Below, piece after piece: positions 50,101 to 61,555 of a stretch of DNA of 64,000 nucleotides. The position numbers were made by a program, and so were the translations under genes. Position 1 is the first letter of the stretch; every line of letters begins with the position of its first letter. The notes beneath the pieces are model-generated. The model made no database searches and had not been told where the DNA came from. It saw only the letters and a list, made by a program, of their open reading frames with translations. Source of the stretch: Takakia lepidozioides (taxonomy: Eukaryota; Plantae; Bryophyta); NCBI GenBank assembly GCA_030704615.1, contig CM060734.1, positions 54,312,001 through 54,376,000 on the forward strand. The letters run 5' to 3'.

Positions 50101-52185
50101 CGATCCAATGTCAGGGCTGGAAGAGAGTGGCTTGCTAGGAAGGAAATTCAGTGCATTGAAACCTCACCTTCTCTTTCGCCTCCACACATGCCGTTGAGAG
50201 GTGATGCAGTTTCTCCAATTGCATGGTCGGCTGCATGGCCCGAGAATAGTGTTTTGCAATCTCGGGGATGAAGTCCTTTCCAAGTGCCGGATCTGCAATT
50301 GCCACCAGCTTCACAAGCTTTGACTTGTATTTGGTTCTGGACTTGACACCGGCTTCCTTCAAGTGCTCAGTCAATGACTGCAACGTTTTGACCTGCCCCT
50401 CACTTTCCATGAAGAAGCGTTTGGCATGGGCCAAATCCAGCTTGATGTTTGACTGCCAACAAAAACATGCAGAAGCGTTACATTCGATTCATGTGGAAAC
50501 ATTACTGGAAATTGGGGAAGGATGAGCAGAGGGAAATTGGAGCACGACTTACTTCGTATCACCTCCACCATTCCATCCATAGTGAGACGATACCATGTCC
50601 GGTCTGTTTTTGCAACGGCTTTCTGAATGAGCTCGGCTCCAGCATTTCCGCAAACATCTGCGGATCAGTAAGACCAGTTTTCCTCACCCTGTACAGCATA
50701 TGTGCCATGTGGGTATGCACGTACGCATTCTCAGTGACCCTGCAAGGCACACTCTCCAGTTCAGTACACGGAAGCACGGAATCAAACCAGAATGGAAACC
50801 GAAATGCGGCACCGCATTTCGAATGTGCTAGGGAGGGTATGAGTATCTTACGAGTTGAGGTCCGCCATGGCATTCTTGAGGAGGGAGGAGTCTGCCGCCT
50901 TCACCTTGAGGATGACACACTCCACCATGTAATGCCAGCCAATGTGCTTGGCATGGTTCTGCTTGATGTACTCCCACCAGGCGAGAAGTCGGTGATTCCG
51001 TCCCACACAAAGAACATTTTTCCCGACATATGGCCGAAGTCGGGATCACCCTTCAGCGTCGCCTCGAATTCGTGGTTGCGAGTGTGCCAGTGGGTATCCC
51101 ACGTTGACAATTCATCGGCAGTGGGTCCACGGGTTTCGCCGTCCTCATTCTCAATGGAAATAAAACGCTGCCGATCCCAGACGGTACCCTTCTCGAAATG
51201 CGAACTTGAGCTTATCCACATCTCCGGGAAGGGCCTGCCTGACGATGGGAAGGGAGACCATGCGACAGAGTGGGATTCGAAGAGTCCGCTGGAATACCCT
51301 GCTGCCCAGAACTCTGCCAATGCTACTGTGTGTCTCCTCCAACATTTTATCGCTGCACTTTTGAAATCCTCCGGAGACATGTCTGTAGGTGCCGGTAGTG
51401 GCTGAGCAGGTGGAGCATCCTCAACTGGAGCTGCACTCTGGGGCCTGTGTGCGGGCAATTCTGCCATTGCAGAGGCCTCCTCCGGGCCTGCTGCTCATCG
51501 GTGGTGAGGTCTGCCTGCGAACGTTCAGCGGCAGCACCCTCCTCCGGTACCAAATCGAGATCAACGGTCGATCCCATTGCCTTCGCTGCAGCAGAGTCGG
51601 CCCCAACATCTGCAGGCGGGAAATCCTCCAGGAACTGAGCTTCAGCTCGTGGAAGCGGTTTTGCGGGAGATTGTTCGGCCGTCGCCTGATTGCCTTCTGC
51701 TTCCTCATCCTTGCAGGTGAAGGTGTCTGCTGCAATGAATCTGTCTTCTACCCTGCTGCTTCATTCGCGTTGGGGGGGGTGAATCGGCCTGAGCCGGTTC
51801 AGAAGCCAGTAGAGGGACGGGCTGCTTCTTCTTCGACTTTGCTGGAGAAGGGCCCGACCCTGCTGGCGATTCTCCATGATCGAAGAACGCGAGTCGATCT
51901 CTGAGACTTTGAACTTGCCCTTCGAAGACGCGTCTTTGAATCGCAGAGGGCTAGGCCCGGCAGGAATACCCCGCTCGGGGATCGGGTGGGTGTACGTGCT
52001 GCAGCTAGCTCCTCGGACTCTTCCTGCGGCTCTTCGGATTCCTGCGATCCCTCCAGCACGTCCACCTTTCCTGTTAGGCATGCAAAACATGTTCTGCATT
52101 CAAGTCTCCTAGCATTCAGTCTAAGAATTACAGAAGCAAAATGGGGGGTTCGGTGCTCGATCAGCTGCGCGCAGCCCGATCGCAT
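47182..52185 (-). CDS. Multi-exon ParB/Srx-like domain plus beta-class N4/N6 DNA methyltransferase-like fusion protein; start uncertain, several 1-bp frameshifts
   Basis: ParB-like: RIPLCRMVSLPIVRQALPGDVDKLKFAFREGY...FFVWDG(N)HRLLAW, at about 50950-51290, after restoring 1-bp indels. MTase: CDMIILDIPDG (DIPD at 48655-48666), LARMVLDDRGCVVV, RSPAFIQTIMETCTDVEGTVLDLICGTG, intron, ASMWAGRFSDRHLFAYEED. Acidic C-terminal tail. Confidence 0.75.
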
Positions 52186-52708
52186 GGAGCTCTCACTGGT
52201 GGCTGGGTTGCCTGAGTGGCCTGCTGCTCGGAGATGGCAATCTCCTCCTGTAGACGCATCTGCTTCCTCCCCTTCGGCATTGGCCTACGTCCGAAGTATA
52301 ATTTCCGGAGCTTGCGACGAGGTCTCCTGTCTGGTGCACGAACTCCCCCCTCTCAGGTTCGAGCATAAGAAGAACAGAGAGAGGGAAAAGGGGCAAAGAG
52401 TGCAGATGGAAAGGGCGCGAGGGGTGACTGAGGAGACACGACAAAAGTAGATGAAACGGCGGTGATGCACCACTTGGGTTCGAAAGGTTGGACGAAAGTG
52501 TCTCCTCGTGGAGTTTTTGCGTCATTACGAAATTCGAATCGTTGAGGGTACGCCTGCCGTCCGAAAATCAAACATCATTATCCAACGGTCAGGCCGCGCC
52601 GCCTCATGCCCCTTCAGTCAGATAGAGTGCCGACATGTGCAGCAATTCCGTTGCTCCACGTGTTCACATTTCAAGGCATTTCCGTCCCAGCGTCTGATGA
52701 GTTGGAGC

Positions 52709-54278
52709 GAAATGCGAATGCGGCGCCGCATTTCCGTTAAGTACCATCACGAAGCTACACATCCGTACTTGTTGGAAGAAAATGCGGCACCGCATTTCCG
52801 TTCCACCTTCACATACCTTAGTTGTTGAACGGAAATACGGTGCCGCATTTCCGTCCCACAGCTCCATGTATGAGATTCAGAAGGGAAATGCGGCGCCGCA
52901 TTTCCGTTCCCACTTCACATACGTTAGTTGATGAATGGAAATGCCGTGCCACATTTCCGTTCGGGAAAGTATAGAGGTCTCACCTGGACAGAAATGCGGT
53001 GTCGCATTTCCGGTCTGGAAAGGTTGAAGGTCTCACATGGATGGCAACACATTTCCGTAGCACAGCTCCAGGCCGAATATACAAAACGGAAATGCGGCGC
53101 CGCATTTCCGTTCGAGAATGTCGGAAGGTGCGACTCGAACGGAATGCGGTGCCGCATTTCTGTACCCGTTGCGCACGATTTTCAGTCAGAATGGAAATGC
53201 GGTACCGCATTTCCGTTCTGTAGAGTATTAACGTCTGACGCTGGCGGAAATGCCTTCCCGCATTTTCGTTCCACAGCTCCATGCCTCACATACAAAACGG
53301 AAATGCGGTGCCGCATTTCCGTTTTGGAATGTCGGATGGTGGGACTCCGACGGAAATGCGGTACCGCATTTCAATTCCGATGTTTCAGGATATTTCATCA
53401 GAACGGAAATGCGGTGCCGCATTTCCCTTTTAAATCTAATACATTCCGTTCTGGAATGTTGGGAGGTGCGACTCGGATGGAAATGCGCTGCCGCATTTCA
53501 GTTCCGATGGTTCACGATTTTCAGTCAGAACGGAAATGCGGTGCCGCATTTCCGTTCTGGAATGATGGTGGTGCGACTCGGATGGAAATACGTTGCCGCA
53601 TTTCAGTTCGATGGTTCACGATTTCAGTAAGCTTCAAAATTTCAGTTCAGATAGTTCACGATTTTCAGTCAGAACGGAAATGCGGTGCCGCATTTCCGTT
53701 CTGGATAGTGTGAATGTCTCAACCGGTCGGAATTGCGCTGTATGAAGCTGTCGGAATCTTACTCGGCTCCAGGCATCAGATACAAAATGGAATGCGGCGC
53801 CGCATTTCCTTTATGGAATGTCGAAAGTGCGACTTTGACGGAAATGCGGTGCCGCATTTCTGTTCCCGTTGTTCATAATTCTCAATCAGAACGGAAATGC
53901 GGTACCGCATTTCCGTTCCACCTTCACATACCGTGCTTGTTGAATAATGTGCATTTCTATCCCTCAGCTCCATGCATCAGATACAAAATGGAAATGCGGC
54001 GCCGCATTCCGTTCTGGAATGTCGAAAAGTGCGACTCGGACGGAAATGCGGTGCCGCATTTCTGTTCCCGTTGTTCATAAATCTCAATCAGAACGGAAAT
54101 GCGGTACCGCATTTCCGTTCCACCTTCACATACCGTGCTTGCTGGATGGAAATGCGTTACCGCATTTCCGTTCTGGAGAGTATAAAGGTTTCCCCCGGAC
54201 GGAAACTCGGTGCCGCATTTCCGTCGCTCTGTTGCATGACCAAGATGCAATACGGAAATGCGGCGCCGTATTTCCGTC
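52709..54278. repeat. Central phased palindrome array (about 26 copies, 53-bp period) between the divergent genes
   Basis: CGGAAATGCGGTGCCGCATTTCCG-type units with centres at 52788, 52841, 52894, 52947, 53000 and onward. The 29-bp spacers fall into a few recurring classes. Confidence 0.93.
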
Positions 54279-54449
54279 CACCAGCAATCGAAGAATCACT
54301 CGGACGGGAAATCTGGAACCTCAATGGGTTGCATTGTTCCGAAACAACACAATTGCGGCCAGTCTTGATGAGCACAACTTGGTTGTCTGACCGTTTTAAC
54401 CAGCAGTCCTGGCACTTGTCAGTGCGAACGTTCCTGTCTGCACCGAGAA

Positions 54450-57400
54450 TACTGCTGGATCCACCCTCAGGAGAAACTGTCAGGAGATGTTATTTCGTCG
54501 CCGAATCGGCCATCATTGTCCTACTCACTGGCTATGGAATCAAACCTCCCACCTTCATGCATGTAGCTTGAAACAATACTTTCCACTTCAATGTGCGACT
54601 TCCAATCGTCGATGGACTCCGCAGATCCACTTAGATGGTGCCTGTGAGCCTTGGTCTGTCGCTATACTGAACCTCGCACTTGCCAACTCCGTGCGGTGTT
54701 CGATGGCTCCGAATTCCTACGCTATAGTTTGCTGTCCTCCGCAACTTGGGAGAGCCTGGATCCCAAACGAGGGAGGACTTTGCAGAGTGACTGAAACTTA
54801 CCTTTGTTCCAAATTCAAGCTCAAAACCGGGCACAGTTTATTTGGAAGAAGAAAGGAAGGATGTTCCTGGACAGGTTGACGAGACCATTGTCGTGCTAGG
54901 TAACGACGGAGGTTGCGGAATCGAATGGCACGTTCCCCCGTCAGACACCATCCTGTACCGAGCTGTGGGAATGCCCATTCCCTTTCCGAATCAGTCGCTG
55001 CCCACACCATCCACAAAGGAGTCCGGAAACCGAGAGGCGGCCCACTGCCAACAGAGAGGTATGCAACGATAATCATTCCCGACCTGGACCGTCAAGACCC
55101 TCCATAGCTTCTCGTGTGGACGTATTCGACATTTCCGACGAGGAAGATGATTGCATTGAGGTACCCATGTCCTCCACACGGTCGTTCAAATCCGGCATGG
55201 ACGTCTCTGTAGGTGCTACGCATGTGCCCTCGAGCATAACTCCAACCCGGTCCATTGTGCAGCTCCTACGACAACATCACCTCGATGGTTCTCGCTCCGA
55301 GCTGGCTGCTCTCGACTATGCCAAATTCCCAGTCAGAAAGGTAACTTTTCTGCCTCCCGAAGTCGATGGCAATGTCATCTTTCGAGTTTCCACCTGTTTC
55401 TTCGTCAAAGAAAGCCTCCGGGATGTTAACAGACATGGATCGAAAGCATGACGGACACCCCTGGTGTGTGACGAAGACAGTAGCACGAAAATTGCTGATG
55501 GTGTTCGTGTACGATATGTCCTCTGTGCGGGGAAGCTGAGGTGCCTCAATCCCACCTGCTTCCACTTTCTCTCCAAAGGAGGGCGGAGAAACGAGACGGA
55601 TTGGACTGGCACAACGCATCATCCATTCATTGTCTCCAGCCAAGCTCCTGCGGGTTCTTTCAAGTGTGCACATTGCAAAGAACCACCGACGTGCATGTCC
55701 ATGTGCAGAGCCAAGCAATATTACGTAATCCATTTGCTCCCGGACTTGACTAGAGCTTGCATACACGTTGGGGTCCACTGCCACCCCTTGGCGAGAGGCA
55801 ACATGCGTGAGGCTGTGCAGGAAGCACACGACATCATAAAAGAGGAGGTGAAATTGAGCCCCGGAGCCAGACCAAAGCAGATTCAGCTGAAGGCAGCCCA
55901 CAAGATTGCTCTTGGCAAAATCATGTCTGAAGATGGTTCCGACCGAGAGCCCTTGACCGAAGACGAGATGCGTGACCTCTTGGAGTCCGTCTCGCACGTT
56001 TGTAGTCCGAATGTGCGGAATCACATCGTATCTTGCAAGCAGGAGTTCGGCAGGGGGTCGGACATGTACTCAATCCTGGAGGTGAAACGAATGACTGGAT
56101 ATGACTACATCCAAGGTAGCAGGTTTTCCAGGGCAAGGCAGCGAATCCGATCGTTTACATTTTCAAAATGTCGACGTGTGGGCCTGGGAGTGGAGTCGAC
56201 TTGGTCACTCGCATGACAACTGGAAACTTGTCGAATGCTTGGGTGATGTTTGATCACATCAAGCGAATTACAAACCATCAGTGGGTGACTATGGGTGCGC
56301 ATGTTTATGACTATCACTCCAAGAGGCTCATGACGATTGCAATCTGCGAGATGAAAGGGGAGGACACACAGTCCGAGATGCATCTGTGGGAGGGCATAAA
56401 CGAGCAGATGGCAAGGGCGGGATTGCCAGAGCCCAATTTCAGGGGATTCATGGCAGACAACGCTCAGGCCAACTGGGCAGGGTGCGGCGTGTGTACGGTG
56501 AGGACCCCAATGTTCCAATGGAGGGGAAAGAGAGATCCTGTGGATTCCATTGGATGCAGAGTCTATCCCACTACACTACCAAATTTGTTGCTAGCTCATT
56601 CCAGGCTGAACACCGTGTCCTTTGTACGGCGTGGAAGGATGCACCCACATTTGATGACGCGGAGGTTAAGTTTGCTATCATCGAGGCTTGGTGGAACACG
56701 TCAGGTGCAGTGGAGACAACCAATCTGGGAGCATTGCACAGCTGGTTGGGGTGGTGGCATTTTCGGTATCGACAGTTCGGACAGTACATGCGGGAGGTAG
56801 GCTGCTGTCAATTTCGTTCATTTGTCTTTCTGTTACGGACATTTCGATTGGTCCCTCACCGTTGTTTGTGTCCTTCTAGGAGCGGTGTGCTTGGATTCCG
56901 ACACGGACATGCCGAACACGAATATGGCAGAATCGGTCCACTCCTCCTGGCGAGTCTTCTGCCGCACATCTGGTGGACGTAGTGACGGCCACAACGGAGG
57001 ACATCGACAGAGCAATCATGCAGCAAGCCACGTACTACAAGTTCCTGAGCGGCAAACAATGGGGCTTTGGGCCGGACAGGGAGGAATTGTTGGTACGAAC
57101 AGCTTCGAGGTCCAAGAATCCAGTGAAATGGGCGACAGCATTGCGAGAGAAGATCAAAGGGACGCCTCTGCACCGCAGAGGTGAACACCTAGAGGGGGAC
57201 GTCCGGACTCGCCCTGTCAGGCGGAGGATTGAAGAGGAACCCGGGTGCGAAGAGGATTCCTGGAGATCCGACAGGAACATTCGGACAGCACCTCGAGGTC
57301 CCGTCATGTTGCCGCACAATGTGTCTTCCAGCAGTGGAAGCCCAAGAAATTCCAGATCGCCGTCGCCTTCAACCGGGGATTTCGTGCAACAAATTCCCAC

Positions 57401-58352
57401 CGCTCCCTTGCCCCACATTCCGCCCGCTGTTATGCAGTATGGCCAAGCCATTGTGGAGACGACTGTGTCTGCCTCACAGTGGAGAATTGCTCGCACAAAG
57501 CCGTCGTTTCGAGGAAGGTGTTCCGCAATTCGTGTGGATACACGGCAACGTTGTTTAGAGATGATAAGGAGGAATCCAGATGGGGCTGTCCCTGCTCCTA
57601 CTTTTACAGGAAGAGATTTGTCCATGCAAAGTTTGCGGAGGCGACAACCACCCAGTTCTGGTTCTGCAGGCACGACATTATGACTTGCGTGTATGGAAAG
57701 CCCAAGTACGGCATACAACAATGCCAGAGGCTCCCCCGGTGTGGCCGGTGGAACCAGGCTGCGATCTGAGTCAGGTTGAGGCCGACGCCCTTACCGCCGC
57801 AGGATTTCGGATGGTGCAGCGCACTGACGTCCCAGACAACCATTTCCGCTTCCACAGCCTCCACCACCGACCCCTGTGAGAGCAAGAACAATGGGACACG
57901 ACAGCTCTAAGCATCCTACACACCGTTGGGGGAAACCGAAGAGGCGGCGACCTCCCTCAAAAGTGAACGAGACAAGGATGGGGAATGCACTTCGGATGAA
58001 CTGTACAATCCAGAGCTCGACAGAAGTGCCCCCACCAGGATTCGGGCGTGTGTATCAGATGGCCACGGCGGGCTCAGCTGTTCGCAATGAGGTGTACACC
58101 ATCACCATTTCAGAATTACCCACCTGCAATTGCACCGACTTCCAGATCATGGCGAACAAGGGGGCATCATACTGCCCTTGCAAGCATTTGTACTACGTGT
58201 ACCTAAAGAGACTCCGTTGTAATTCCACAACTCATCACTTCATACATGCACCAGGGTTGAGCCCCCAGGAGGTTCACACTCTTCTGAATATGGATCCAGG
58301 GACCAGTGAGCTTGGCTTGCGGTCCACATACAATGGTACGCCCATCGGATAG
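54450..58352 (+). CDS. MULE transposase: GCM/WRKY-like Zn domain, DDE core, SWIM finger; frameshifted, with an intron at about 56797-56880
   Basis: CAGKLRCLNPTC..CAHC..HVGVHCHP (GCM-like); VMFDH, GFMADNA, SCGFHW (CxxH) and PNTNMAESVHS (catalytic D, D, E); CNCTDF..CPCKH (SWIM). Confidence 0.88.
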
Positions 58353-61247
58353 TAGAACTGTACTGCTGCCAGTACCTCAGACTCTGGCCACACAAAGGTC
58401 CGACATATGTCTTGCCTACCAGTAACCTGTTTTGATCGAACTAAGATATTACTATATCGTTCACTTGTTTCCACGTGCATGTATTTTTGTATGTTGGAGG
58501 GTTCATGTTTTTCTGCTTTCCGAAAACTTGCTCTCCTCATTCGACCTCCGACAAGGAAATGCGGCGCCGAATTTCCAAGTATCGTCGTAGGTACCCCCAG
58601 AGGCGGCCTTCGCCAACACCAAACCGCTCCGAAATTTCGCACGTGCGAACCCTAATGCGGCACCCTATTTCCCAGTTCAGTTGCAAACCTTTCCCGCCGA
58701 ATACCCGAAGAAGACAGAATTGTGAAGTACTGCAGACTGTATTGGTGCAGACTCCATTGGTTCAATCGCGGCAAAAGGGTCAGCTTCATTCCAATGTTAA
58801 GGCATGTAAAACCGCGGAATACTCTATACAGGCCAGTATGCGACGTCCTTTTGCAGTGGTATACTGGATTTCCCGTTGCACGGTCACTTATTTCCATGAG
58901 CGGATCTATAAAACCATGAGCGGACTTGTTACTGACGACATATCTTCGCCGCATTACATGATCTGGAACGTCCAAAAACGGCAAGGTCAAATAAAAAACT
59001 ATTATTTTAATACTTGTTTAATCTGCCGCATTTCCAAATTTGGAGGAGTCCGCTCATGAAATCCGCGTATCTTAGACTTCGGCTCACCGCTCATGCGGCT
59101 CATGCGGCTCATGGCTCATGGCTCATGGTTTCTGCTCATGAAATAGTAAACCTCACTGTGTTGAAATGTCTGTTTTCCTGAACATCAGTTGAATGTTGCT
59201 GTTGTGGCGGTTTTGGGTATGCAGAAAAATGTAAAGTCCAAGCAGGCAGAAAACAGATGCAAAGGGCTCTGGAGAGGGGACGACTCACAAAGAGTTAACA
59301 GCGAAGACACCGACGAGCCTGAATTGCACTACCTTGACAAGGTGAAAGAACTTATGTCATATCAAAAGGTAAATTCCAGGAGGTTATAGGGACATGATCG
59401 TCTCTGGAGGACGTCTTGAAATCCCTCTCTGCCGGATGATCTCCATGCCTGTTGTTTGTCCTCCACTTTCGCATGACATTACCAAGTTGGAAACAGATTT
59501 CGTGCAGGGTATAGAATGGGTGCACAAGTTTTTTACGTCTCACTGAAGGATACTAATGGTCACAGCACAAAAGTGAGCCTAGAGATTACGGACAACTGGG
59601 ATGATTGCTAGAAGGATGTGAATGACAAGTTCGAGGACTCTTTGCTGCTTGGACATGACACCCAGCAGTTCTGCAACCACATGTTCTATGTCTGGGACGG
59701 GAACCATCGCTTGCTAGCTTGGATGGGGTACATTGCGAAACACCATTCAAAAGACAAGGACAAGCATTGTGCTGTGGAGGCATGGTTCTGGATCCTGGGA
59801 ACGACATCGCCAGACTTCTGACAGCTATGCATGACGTAAACAAGTAGGACTTCCTCAAAAACCCATTGCCTTTCAAATTGCATATTGTGCGCATTTCAAG
59901 TCCAAATGTTAAATATTTCTTACCTATGCAATGTGTATTCCCTTTTTGCAGATCGACAGAGAAATCGCATGTTACTACGAGCTTGGTCCACACACTATTC
60001 TGCATTCAGAGAATTGGTTTGATGAAGCTTGATGAGTTCCCACAGTGCTACATCCTGATGTCATCAAGAAGTGCGGAACAGGAAGATCTGCATGGACCTG
60101 GTACTCGTTGACCCGAGATGCATTTTGGAGTAAGTTATGCGGTATGGCCCAAACCACTTCTTCCTATGTTATTACATACAAATTTGCAATTGTATGTCTG
60201 CTAATCCAATCGTTGATACTTGCAGCAAGAACTGGCAGAGGCGGCCGAGAGGGAGGAATCTGAGTACTACGCACTACAGCAGAAGAGCTGAGAGGACTGC
60301 TAAAGGAGTTGGGAGAAGCCATAAAGAAGGAGTACGAGATAAGGAAAACGAAGCTGATGTCGGCCTCCTGAAGCAATTGAGAATAGGGATTCCGGACTTG
60401 GGGAGAGTTCCTTCCCAAATCAAATCCCACTACGACAAGCATGTACATCCAGAGATGCAACAAGAGAAATGCACAGGCTGGCTCTCTCTATGGTTGACAA
60501 ACCAGACAAAAGTGGGATGGCTTGAGATTGGAACTCGGATCAGACGGTGAAGGATCTGAATTAGTTCCCAAAAAGCACAATCAGCCTGGCACCAAGGTCG
60601 AGGAATAAGTGATATTGTTTGTGATCAGTGGCTTCACAAGGCCACATTTTTGAGTCAGGTATTTGTGGATTCAAGTACCTGTTGTATATGAAATATCCTA
60701 TAGCTTTGTCATGCGCAATTCTGATACATGTTCCCATTGCAGCTGGAGAAACGCGCTGTTCTTGTCCTGGAGCAGAATTTGAAGGACTTGAATATGTCGA
60801 TGGTCTCACCACCACAGATGACCTTGGAGGCGTACATTAGAAAGTGGAAAGGTCTCATGTGGCGGTAACTTTCTTCGAGATTCTGCACTATTCTCACCAA
60901 GAAGCTGAACCTCGATTGGCCTCTCAACAAGTTCATGACTGTCAGGGTGTCGGTAGGTGAAGACAATGGATGCAGCCCATTCGCCTTTGGTGTAGTGGAC
61001 AACGGTTTGTCATGTCCTCTGATATATGCACCATCGTAAATCGAGATCTTGCTGTGGAGACTCTATGTCCATAGGACTCATCCTTGTAGCTTATGAGAAT
61101 GTCCCCATACACTGTTTGCGATGGAATCCTCTCTGGCATCTACGTACACCCGATGCAATCCTCGTAGGCCCACTGGCAAACCTCCAATGATGTAGGAAGG
61201 CCGTGCGGCTTTTGGGGATGTTCCAGCTGCATGTAGATCAACGACCT

Positions 61248-61555
61248 ACAAAGAATATCCCCCGGATGGCAAAACGGCGCCGAATTTCCATACGAGGCCT
61301 GTCGGACGAAGTCGTCTCGGGGGGAGAGGCCGACACCTGGCCGACAGAGAACATCCCCCAGATGGAAAAATAGCGCCGAATTTCCATCCGAGGCCGTTTT
61401 GGATGAAGTCTCGTGGGGAGAGGCCGACACCTGCCCGACAGAGAACGTCCCTCGGATGGGAAAAACGGCGGCGAATTTCCATCCGAGGCCGTTCGGATGA
61501 AGTTGTCTCGGGGGGAGAGGCCGACACCTGACCGACAGAGAGAACATCCCCCGGA
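61248..61555. repeat. Tandem repeat of about 95 bp (3.2 copies) containing degenerate family-B-like palindromes
   Basis: Units start at 61248, 61344, 61438 and 61535; each full unit contains a variant of GGATGGAAAAACGGCGCCGAATTTCCATCC. Confidence 0.8.

Larger units (their letters stand above)
44789..59153 (+). mobile_element. Complete Mutator-like element, family B (about 14.4 kb)
   Basis: Short imperfect TIRs GGGGCTGCTATTTCATGAGC and GCTCATGAAATAGTAAACCT, with (CATGAGC)n subterminal repeats. TSD CACTGTGTTG at 44779-44788 and 59154-59163 (11 bp if the flanking T is counted). Encodes a MULE DDE transposase. Confidence 0.93.
43143..60560 (+). pseudogene. ParB-like gene of a third lineage (C): 43143-44788 plus 59164-60560, interrupted in an intron by MULE-B
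   Basis: EIPLCRMISMPVVCPPLSHDITKLETDFVQGYRMGAQVFYVSL...MFYVWDGNHRLLAW (59410-59730), STEKSHVTTSLVHTLFCIQRIGL and WTWYSLTRD align with the family-B protein, with the same intron position. The flanks are joined by the TSD. Confidence 0.75.

Noticed and set aside
50449-51405. 318-aa plus-strand ORF and similar antisense ORFs (48382-49433, 55266-56024, 57035-57721)
   Set aside because: They are shadow frames opposite the ParB-MTase and transposase genes.
47182-52185. Bacterial contamination or prophage as the source of the ParB-MTase gene
   Set aside because: The gene has GT-AG introns, lies within a TSD-flanked MULE, and has diverged paralogues with a shared intron position.
52709-54278. CRISPR array (24-bp palindromic repeat with 29-bp spacers)
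   Set aside because: Spacers recur in a few related classes, repeats are degenerate and also dispersed singly, no cas genes are present, and the context is a eukaryotic transposon.
52928-54571. Long ORFs with KCGAAF / EMRCRIS repeats (also at 41-41.7 kb and 46-47 kb)
   Set aside because: They are translations of the palindrome in several frames on both strands, not proteins.
60560-61247. MTase half of the lineage-C gene
   Set aside because: No DIPD or motif I/II-like sequence seen; left unassigned.
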